Shown: piece by piece, positions 34,361 through 41,434 of the stretch
Layout: each line of letters starts with the position of its first letter
Position numbering within the stretch: the first letter of the stretch is position 1
Source of the DNA: Candidatus Pacearchaeota archaeon
GTDB taxonomy: Archaea; Nanobdellota; Nanobdellia; Pacearchaeales; GW2011-AR1
Direction of reading: 5' to 3'
Length of the DNA: 41,434 nt
Assembly: GCA_023475035.1 (NCBI GenBank)
Contig: JAMCXF010000006.1
Span: forward strand, 1-41,434
Translations under genes and position numbers: made by a program
The notes under the pieces: model-generated
What the model saw: only the letters and a program-made list of their open reading frames with translations
What the model was told of the DNA's origin: nothing
Database searches by the model: none

Positions 34361-37300
34361 TTAAAAGTAATCTGCAATTGATTTTTGTTTCTCAAGTTCT
34401 TTCCCGAACACACTGTCAATATTGTCCTTGAGAATTTGCAGATTTTGTTTTATATAATTTGAAAGATTATATTTGTCAGCGAGATTTAATGCAGGTTCTA
34501 AATATTTTTTTATTCCACCTTCATTGATTGTAAAAATAATTTTCCCTCCGCATTTCGGGCAGATTCCTGTGAGAGGAGGACGTCGCATTATTTCATTACA
34601 GGCAACACATCTGAATCCTTGCATCGAAAATTTTCTAAGATTACCTTTCAGGTCTTTTAAAAAATGCCTTTCAATAATCAGCCTCGCAGCATCAGAAGTA
34701 TTCACTGCTCTGATTTTTTCCACAAGCCCCATTTGATGGTCAACTTTATCCTGCATTGTTTCAAGAAGTTTGTATGAAGAGCAAAGAACACCGTCGTTAA
34801 AATTAGATGTATTATGCGTATGCCCGATGCCTACAAAAGGATTTTTCCCCTCTTTCAAAAAAGATTTTACAGTAGGAATAATTTTCATTTCAGAAGAATG
34901 TTTTTTCTGCTCTGCAAGCTGGTAAAGTTCAAGAGGATATTCAGAAGTTAGTTCCAAGTCAAGAATCTGGTCATCAACTTCTCCTGCATCAATTTTTCCA
35001 TTGAGAACTAAAGGCGCATCCTGAGTTCCTCCTCTATGTCCTGGAAGGAATTTTCGTGAAAAATTAATCAAGACATCTCCAAGAAGCATCAGCGCAGCTT
35101 CATCTCCGTCGCAGTCTCTTCTTATTGCAGCATGCATGTAAGGAGAAGCAAAAAGTCCAAGAGTATTTGAAAATCCTATAAACCTGCAAATTACTCCTGC
35201 GCAATTATGTGGCGCCATGCAAACTCCAATTTTCCCGACTAAGTCTTCTCTTTTTTTAACATTGTAAATTGGCTCCATTCCGTAAAAATTTTTCAGAAGA
35301 GAATCAATAAAATTGCAAGTTCTTATAAAAACATCGTCGGCTCTTTCATCCATTGATTCAGAATAACTTGGAAGAATAACATCATGAGGCATAAGTTCCA
35401 GAATTTGATTTTCATTTTCCAAATCATTCCCGTAAATATCTTTGTCATATCCCAGTTCCTTTACTTTTTCAACACTCACAAAAATTTCCTTTGGTTTGAA
35501 AGAAATAATTGGAAGTTCTGTTGCATCAAATCTTATTGTTCCGTCTTTATTTACCTGCAAGTCATATTTCGCTCTTATAATTCCCTTGCACAAATTTTCA
35601 ATGTCATGATTCTGTGAAGAAGTTCCCCTGATTCCTTTAATTAAAGGAGGAATGTCAGATTTCTCAATTTTTAATTTTTCAATGGCTTTGTTAAAAAAAT
35701 GCTTTATGTCCAAATCAAAAAAATGATAAGGCTGAGAGTTGTTATGTTCCTTGCATATATCTGTTGATAATTTGTCGCAGTCTCTGCAATAAAAAAGTTT
35801 TTTGCATTCAGTTCCGCAATCTTCACAGAGAGAATAAATTGTGTTTTTATTGCAAATAGGGCAGTAATAAGTGGGAAAAGTATTTTTTATTGTTCCCTCA
35901 TCATACGCTGCCTGAACGCTTCTTAACCTCCCTCCTTCTTTTCCGACAGGAAATAGTATATTAGGACTTCCGATAAGTTTTCTTAATTTTGCTTTTTCAG
36001 GTCTTCCCATTCTCGCACCAATAAAGTCTCCTGCTTTATCTTTGATGACAAATTTAGAAACAGAGTTTAATATTTCAATAACAGAATTTTCAGAAACAAA
36101 TTTTTTTTCATCAATTTCAGCCAAGTTTATTTTTTCAAAGTCAGAAATATCAATTCCGAGATTTAAAAGTAAAGCTTTGCTGTTTGTTTCGTTAAGAACA
36201 ACATTCTCGATTGTTACATCGTGTTCAACACCTAAAAGCTCCAAAGCTCTTTTTGCAATTCTGAACTTTTCCTGTTCTGTTCTGCCGTAAGGAAAAATTA
36301 ATTTTCCGTCGATTCTCGAATTTTTAATCCATTTGATTAATTCATAAAATTCTTCTTTCGAAATTTGTGTCCAGTAAAAAATATAGGAAGGATGCAAAGG
36401 AATTTCAAATTTAGTGCTTATCTCAATTGCTTGTTCAAGAGAAACATTAAAGCAGTCAATATTTTTTTCTGCATCTGCATCTTTTTTTCTTAGTTCAAGT
36501 TTCCACCATTCTTCAACATATCCCGGCTTGAGAAAATTGGAATTTCTGTTTGCAACGTCGCTGAAAGGGAACAAAATATCTCCAAGATAGATTATTTCAT
36601 CAACATCAGGATACATTTTTTTTGCTTCTTCTTTTGTTCTTGGTTTTTTGACGCTGCCGTTAAATAATTTTACAATAGGCCCGTCAATAGAATCACAGGG
36701 AGTTACAACACACCCTTTCGTCGGTTTTTCTATTTTCAGTTGAGTTCCGATTGCAATAAAATTGTCAGTAATAGCCATTGTTGCAGGATGCATTGAGGTT
36801 GCGCTGAATCCTGACACTCTTCCTCTTCCGTATCTGAATCTGAAAGCTCCTGATTGTGAAGGATGCCCGAATACAGGTCTTCCGGCAACTAAATCCTTGA
36901 TATAAGTAGGAGAATCATCTGTTTTTCCAGTATCTCTTTTTTTGTGAAGTTCAATATAACCGTCTAGAAAATCCCAGTCAGAAAGTTTGAATCCCTTAGT
37001 TCTCAAAGCAGAAACATATCTTTTTATCTTCGCTGCCTTCTGAGCAAGTCCTTCACCAAAAGTCAGGCAGAAACCGCTTCTGATAAAGTTTGTCTCAATT
37101 CTTGGAAGATTCTTGTGATTTGAAACTTCAATTTTTTCAGATGCATCTCCATTGATTTGGATAGGAATGTTTTTTGCAATAAATGCAATTTCATCTTCTG
37201 TAGGCATATATTGAAGATTGGTAATTCTTTCATGATAATCTGTCAACTCAGTCACAGAACGTTTTACTTCTTCTTCTGTCGGGTCATATTTTGCAAAACC

Positions 37301-37816
37301 AAAAATCTCCCGCAAATGGTCAATGATTACTAAAGAGAATGCAGCGCCGGTTCCTCCTGCACTTCTCACAGGCCCAGAATAAAAAGCAGATAAATACTCT
37401 TTATCGTCGTGGGTTTTCATTATTCTGATTTCAGTCAATCCTTCAATTGGAGAAGATACAACTCCTAAAGTAGTGTATGCAAAAGCAACTCTTGCTCCTG
37501 CATCAATTGCCTGCAACAGCGACGCAAATTGGCAAAATTTTTGTTTTGCAACTTCTTCGGCAATTTGAATGCAAACTGCAGGGTCTAGTTTTCCATATTG
37601 TTTTTCCAGTTCTAAAATTCTTTCTGCAATCCCGCTTTTTTCCATCTGAGGATAAATTGTTGAAATCAACCCGACTACTTTTTCCGCCATGCTCATTGCA
37701 AGAGGAATTTCAACTTTGTTTAAGGGGTCTAAATTTTTAGCTCTTGCCTGATTTGCAACATTGTAAATTTTTTTAACTTCTTTGTCTAAATTTAAAAAAT
37801 ATTGACTAGTATCCAT
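34361..37816 (-). CDS. polC: DNA polymerase D large subunit DP2
   Basis: GPVRSAGGT, FRFRYGR, RMGRPEKAK, KDGTIRFD, catalytic RRDCDGDE, C-terminal CVAC..CPKC; no intein evident. Confidence 0.97.
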   Translation of the reverse strand: MDTSQYFLNLDKEVKKIYNVANQARAKNLDPLNKVEIPLAMSMAEKVVGLISTIYPQMEKSGIAERILELEKQYGKLDPAVCIQIAEEVAKQKFCQFASLLQAIDAGARVAFAYTTLGVVSSPIEGLTEIRIMKTHDDKEYLSAFYSGPVRSAGGTGAAFSLVIIDHLREIFGFAKYDPTEEEVKRSVTELTDYHERITNLQYMPTEDEIAFIAKNIPIQINGDASEKIEVSNHKNLPRIETNFIRSGFCLTFGEGLAQKAAKIKRYVSALRTKGFKLSDWDFLDGYIELHKKRDTGKTDDSPTYIKDLVAGRPVFGHPSQSGAFRFRYGRGRVSGFSATSMHPATMAITDNFIAIGTQLKIEKPTKGCVVTPCDSIDGPIVKLFNGSVKKPRTKEEAKKMYPDVDEIIYLGDILFPFSDVANRNSNFLKPGYVEEWWKLELRKKDADAEKNIDCFNVSLEQAIEISTKFEIPLHPSYIFYWTQISKEEFYELIKWIKNSRIDGKLIFPYGRTEQEKFRIAKRALELLGVEHDVTIENVVLNETNSKALLLNLGIDISDFEKINLAEIDEKKFVSENSVIEILNSVSKFVIKDKAGDFIGARMGRPEKAKLRKLIGSPNILFPVGKEGGRLRSVQAAYDEGTIKNTFPTYYCPICNKNTIYSLCEDCGTECKKLFYCRDCDKLSTDICKEHNNSQPYHFFDLDIKHFFNKAIEKLKIEKSDIPPLIKGIRGTSSQNHDIENLCKGIIRAKYDLQVNKDGTIRFDATELPIISFKPKEIFVSVEKVKELGYDKDIYGNDLENENQILELMPHDVILPSYSESMDERADDVFIRTCNFIDSLLKNFYGMEPIYNVKKREDLVGKIGVCMAPHNCAGVICRFIGFSNTLGLFASPYMHAAIRRDCDGDEAALMLLGDVLINFSRKFLPGHRGGTQDAPLVLNGKIDAGEVDDQILDLELTSEYPLELYQLAEQKKHSSEMKIIPTVKSFLKEGKNPFVGIGHTHNTSNFNDGVLCSSYKLLETMQDKVDHQMGLVEKIRAVNTSDAARLIIERHFLKDLKGNLRKFSMQGFRCVACNEIMRRPPLTGICPKCGGKIIFTINEGGIKKYLEPALNLADKYNLSNYIKQNLQILKDNIDSVFGKELEKQKSIADYF

Positions 37817-38405
37817 ATTCCTTCAAAACCTTTTTCCAGGTTTTTGTCCTATTTATTTTTGGGTTTAAATTTTCACTTTTATTCCATGGATAATCTCCGA
37901 ATAAAAAAGTGTCAATTCCTCCTTTAGCACATTGAGTGCAATATTCAAGAGTGTCATCTATCATCAGAAGGATTCCATTTTCACGACAAAGTTCAGTTTT
38001 TGTTTTTCCGCAATTTTTTCTTTTTGAATAATGATTATATGAATAAAATACATCTGAAAAAATTCTAGGAAAATTTTCTTCAAGCAAAAGTTCAGTATCT
38101 TTTTTTAAAAAATCAGGACAGGATGTGATTAAGTATATGTCACTTTTTTCTTTAAGAAGACTAAGAGCAGAAAAAGCATCTTCAATAGGAGGGATATGTT
38201 TGAAATATTCACTTTGGTAAAAAGAATCAACAATTTGTATGACTTCCTCGAGGGGTTTTTGTAGCACGTAATCAAAAGAATATTTGATAAAATCCGCCCG
38301 TGTTATTTTTCTTTCGAAGTTTTCATTATTGTACAAAATAAAGTTTCCTATAAAATCGACTATGGTATCATGAAGGTCAACTCCTATTTTTTTGTTATAA
38401 ATCAT
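37806..38405 (-). CDS. HAD-family 5'(3')-deoxyribonucleotidase-like protein
   Basis: IGVDLHDTI, LITS, K..C....MIDD, YPWN; SD-like GGAGG upstream of the ATG at 38405. Confidence 0.78.
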   Translation of the reverse strand: MIYNKKIGVDLHDTIVDFIGNFILYNNENFERKITRADFIKYSFDYVLQKPLEEVIQIVDSFYQSEYFKHIPPIEDAFSALSLLKEKSDIYLITSCPDFLKKDTELLLEENFPRIFSDVFYSYNHYSKRKNCGKTKTELCRENGILLMIDDTLEYCTQCAKGGIDTFLFGDYPWNKSENLNPKINRTKTWKKVLKEYGY

Positions 38406-39987
38406 TTTCTTTATCCTCCTTCTTGTCTTCAAAATCAAGCATCTTTATCGCTCTTGTTTTAAGATTAAAAATAGGCACCTTGCAAAAGTCAGGTTCATTT
38501 CCCATTTTTTCCTGATAAGGAGTTTTGCTTTCCCACGAAGATGTTGAAATAGTAAGAATATTATTATAATAAGAAACCGCGCTTTTGTGAGTGTGTCCCG
38601 ATACAAAAATGTCAGGAACTTTTTTTATGATTAAATTATCTTCTTCAGAAGGGAAATACTGCACAGAAGCATGTGTTGGAGCAAGATGCCTGTTTTTCAG
38701 AAGGTAAGCCATGATTTTGTCAGGTGATTTCACAGCCTTGCCAAGAATAAGTTTTGGAATGGAGTTGGCATAAAAATGATAAGAAACCCCGTGATAAGTA
38801 AGAATATCAAAACCGGAAAAATTTTCCGAAGAACCAATATTCACATAAGAAGGATTTCCTGTAAAAGTCACATTTTTTAGATTGTACAAACTCCAGGCGT
38901 ATCTTTCATTAAGCAATGGCTGCGGTTCCATAAGCCGAACACCGTCGTGATTTCCAGGAGAGATGATTATGTTTATATCTTTCCTGATTTTGCTGAGCAG
39001 GTTTGAAAGCCCTAAGAATTGCTCTTCTATGTCATCTATTTTCAAGTCTCTTTCCTGATTAGGATAATTTCCAACGCCTGAAACAATATCTCCAATAAGA
39101 AAAAGATATTTTATTTTTTCAGATTCAGGAGTGTTTGGAACCTTTCCGTTAAGATAGTTGACAAATTTCAAAAAATTTTCTTCGAGAAACAATTTGCTTC
39201 CAAAATGCAAATCGCCTAAAAACAAAACATTTTCTTCAACAGGCGATTTTTTTCTCTCGGCAATTGACGCATCTGGAAAGACGATATCATTTGCAAAAAT
39301 AATTTCCCTATCTCCTACACCGCTAAACCCTAGAATTGAATCAGAAGCAACTTCTTCTGCTTTTTCATAAAGAATCTTGTTGTTGTTATTTATCAAAACT
39401 TTTATCTTACCTGTCAAATCCTCGACTTCAAAAATCATATTTTTATTTTTAGTGATTGTCTTGTTTGAAACAATTCCTATTATTGAAAGATTCTGCCTGT
39501 TCCCTGAAATTTTATTAATTGAAACAAGATTTTTCAGCGAAGAATTTGCCTGCAGTATTTTTCTTATTTCCAGGAGCCTGTTTCTGAAATATTTTATAAA
39601 ATCCCCAACTTCTATTTTTTTGGTAGTCAAACCAAGCACCGAAGACAAAACTTTAACATTAGATTCATTTTTATTTTCTTCTTTCGGGATAGTGTAAGAA
39701 GAAACTTGATGCCCTTCAATTTCAATGCTTAAGCCAAGTTTTATTTTTAGACTTTCTAAATTCTGCTGATTTTCTTTCGGCAATGTTGAAATAATCTGAA
39801 ATACTTTTTCTTTATTCTGGCTGAAAAGTTTTTGCGTTATAATTCTCTGGTTTGTTGAATCTTTGATTCTTTCAATAATTAATTTTGCAGATTCCACATC
39901 GCTGTCATTAAGCATGTTAAGAACTTCATTATCCAATAAAAAACCTTTTTCTAGACAAAATCTTAATATTTCAGGTGTGTTCTTCAT
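38395..39987 (-). CDS. polB: DNA polymerase D small subunit DP1 (OB fold + metallophosphoesterase)
   Basis: EDLTG OB fold; GDLHFGS, GDIVSG, PGNHD, YHG, RHLAPTH, GHTH. Confidence 0.94.
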   Translation of the reverse strand: MKNTPEILRFCLEKGFLLDNEVLNMLNDSDVESAKLIIERIKDSTNQRIITQKLFSQNKEKVFQIISTLPKENQQNLESLKIKLGLSIEIEGHQVSSYTIPKEENKNESNVKVLSSVLGLTTKKIEVGDFIKYFRNRLLEIRKILQANSSLKNLVSINKISGNRQNLSIIGIVSNKTITKNKNMIFEVEDLTGKIKVLINNNNKILYEKAEEVASDSILGFSGVGDREIIFANDIVFPDASIAERKKSPVEENVLFLGDLHFGSKLFLEENFLKFVNYLNGKVPNTPESEKIKYLFLIGDIVSGVGNYPNQERDLKIDDIEEQFLGLSNLLSKIRKDINIIISPGNHDGVRLMEPQPLLNERYAWSLYNLKNVTFTGNPSYVNIGSSENFSGFDILTYHGVSYHFYANSIPKLILGKAVKSPDKIMAYLLKNRHLAPTHASVQYFPSEEDNLIIKKVPDIFVSGHTHKSAVSYYNNILTISTSSWESKTPYQEKMGNEPDFCKVPIFNLKTRAIKMLDFEDKKEDKENDL

Positions 39988-39995
39988 GATTATAA

Positions 39996-41201
39996 TTAAT
40001 AATTTAACGCATCTGCAATAATTTCCTTGGCCTTTTCAGTAATTTCTTTAGTAATTGCAAGTTTGATTTCCCTCATTCTCCCGCCCCGTCCTTTTGAGAT
40101 AACATTAACAGTAATAATTCCAAGCATGTCAAATTCCTGTATTATGTCGCTGACTCTTCTTTGCGTCAGGATTTCAAGATGATTCTTATTGCATAAATCT
40201 CTGTAAAGGTTGTAAACCTCTCCTGTAAAAATATGATTATTCGGTTTCTCTGAAAGAGCAATTATTGAACTTAAAACAATCTGGAATTGTTTCGGTTCGG
40301 TTTTAATGACGTCAAGAATTTTGTCTTTCTCGATTTTGTTATTGGCTTCGTCTATATGTTTGAATAAAATTTTTGTCGAGTTGTCTCTTTCTGCTAATTC
40401 TCCTGCAATTCTTAGCAAATCTAAAGCTCTTCTTGCATCACCATGTTCTCTTGCAGCCAAAGCAGCGCATTTTGCAATAACTCCTTCCTGCATGATTCCT
40501 TCCTTGAAAACATCATTCGCTCTTTTTGTAAGAATATCCTGCAACTGCATTGCATTATAAGGAGGGAAAACAATTTCCTCTTCAGAAAGAGAACTTTTGA
40601 CTCGAGGGTCTATTTCATCTAAAAAAGTAAGATTATTACTTATTCCAACAAGACAAATCTGTGATTTTGTAAGTTCTGAATTTAATCTTGTAAGATTATA
40701 AAGAAAGTCATCAGAAATTTTCTTGGCTGTCTGGTCTATTTCGTCAAGTATAAGAACAACAGTCATTTTTGTCGAATCAATTGTATCAATAAATTTGTCA
40801 TAGACAGATTGTGTAGGAAGTCCTGTTGCAGGAACCTCGCCTCCGAATTTTTTTATAAGTTCTGCAAGAATCCTGTATTCTGTATCAGAAACTTTTTTTA
40901 GTTTGCAGTTAAGATATTCTATTCTAAGCTCAAAATCAGAATCTTTCTTGACTCTTTTTATTAATTCATTTTTAATATATTGTATTGAAAGAGTCTTCCC
41001 TGTTCCTGTCTTTCCATAAAGAAAAAGATTGCTCGCTCTTTCTCCTCTTAGAACAGGCGCAAGTATCGAAGCAATTTGATTTATTTGCTTATCCCGATGA
41101 GGAATATCTTCAGGCTGATAACTGTTTTGCAATAAAGATTTATTTTTGAAAATTCCATTGTTATCAAACGCTTCAAAAATTTTGTCAAGTTCACTCCCCA
41201 T
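39996..41201 (-). CDS. cdc6: Orc1/Cdc6 replication initiator
   Basis: PHRDKQI, GKTGTGKT, LDEID, LDEIDPRVKSSL, GDARRALDLL, winged-helix SKGRGGR. Confidence 0.96.
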   Translation of the reverse strand: MGSELDKIFEAFDNNGIFKNKSLLQNSYQPEDIPHRDKQINQIASILAPVLRGERASNLFLYGKTGTGKTLSIQYIKNELIKRVKKDSDFELRIEYLNCKLKKVSDTEYRILAELIKKFGGEVPATGLPTQSVYDKFIDTIDSTKMTVVLILDEIDQTAKKISDDFLYNLTRLNSELTKSQICLVGISNNLTFLDEIDPRVKSSLSEEEIVFPPYNAMQLQDILTKRANDVFKEGIMQEGVIAKCAALAAREHGDARRALDLLRIAGELAERDNSTKILFKHIDEANNKIEKDKILDVIKTEPKQFQIVLSSIIALSEKPNNHIFTGEVYNLYRDLCNKNHLEILTQRRVSDIIQEFDMLGIITVNVISKGRGGRMREIKLAITKEITEKAKEIIADALNY

Positions 41202-41270
41202 TTTATCCTCTCTTGTTTATTGCAGCCTCTTATTTTAAATTATATTATTCTCCAAAGGTCATTTTACACT

Positions 41271-41392
41271 CACACTTCTATTTCCAATGGAAAATTGAGT
41301 ATATATAAATATCCCCAACGAGAATTATTATTTTAATTATATAAAAAATTATAACCACTAAAAAAGAAAAACGCCTTTATTTCTTATGGAAA
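41271..41392 (-). other. candidate replication origin with two ORB-like motifs
   Basis: Minus-strand TTTCCATTGGAAATAGAAGTG (within 41271-41293) and TTTCCATAAGAAATAAAGGCG (within 41371-41392) flank AT-rich DNA upstream of cdc6. Confidence 0.65.
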
Positions 41393-41434
41393 TTCATTTA
41401 ATTATATTATTTATTATAATAAAAAAATTTAACA

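Noticed and set aside
34361..37816. Possible inteins in DP2 (also checked RadA and Cdc6)
   Set aside because: Lengths are normal, motifs are contiguous, and no C...HN splice junctions were seen.
1106..40560. Numerous 60-150 aa antisense or alternate-frame ORFs in the track (e.g. 4675..4977, 18742..19185, 33077..33517)
   Set aside because: They lie within well-supported genes and lack motifs; they are shadow ORFs.

Overview
AT-rich, gene-dense archaeal chromosomal segment. Gene content and style (archaeal Orc1/Cdc6, PolD DP1/DP2, RadA, aEF1-beta, split Hef, TATA boxes about 25 bp from start codons) suggest a DPANN archaeon, probably Pacearchaeota/Woesearchaeota-like; this is an inference. Left to right the window holds EndoQ, a sequon-rich PGF-pre-PGF surface protein, ndk, radA, RPA, aEF1-beta and a degenerate HIT protein. 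Next is a type IV pilus locus: prepilin peptidase, about ten pilin-like genes (three tiny ones missing from the ORF track), a TadC-like platform protein and an assembly ATPase. Membrane proteins, a PRC-barrel protein and a degenerate M50 protein follow. The Hef helicase and ERCC4 nuclease genes flank a nucleotide-metabolism cassette (GMPR/IMPDH-like, CMP kinase fused to an NDT-like domain, frameshifted dCMP deaminase). Then come thpR, an arginase-family gene, an M16 peptidase, an ArmA/Rmt-like methyltransferase, a TGS GTPase, tyrS, a TctA-family gene and cdc6-DP1-HAD-DP2 with ORB-like motifs (candidate oriC). The most unusual signal is a 55-bp, about 64% GC, near-identical element read in frame inside the class III signal peptides of two different pilin genes, with related oddities at two more pilin leaders. 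No rRNA, tRNA, CRISPR array or transposase was seen. All calls are by eye from motifs; no database searches were run.
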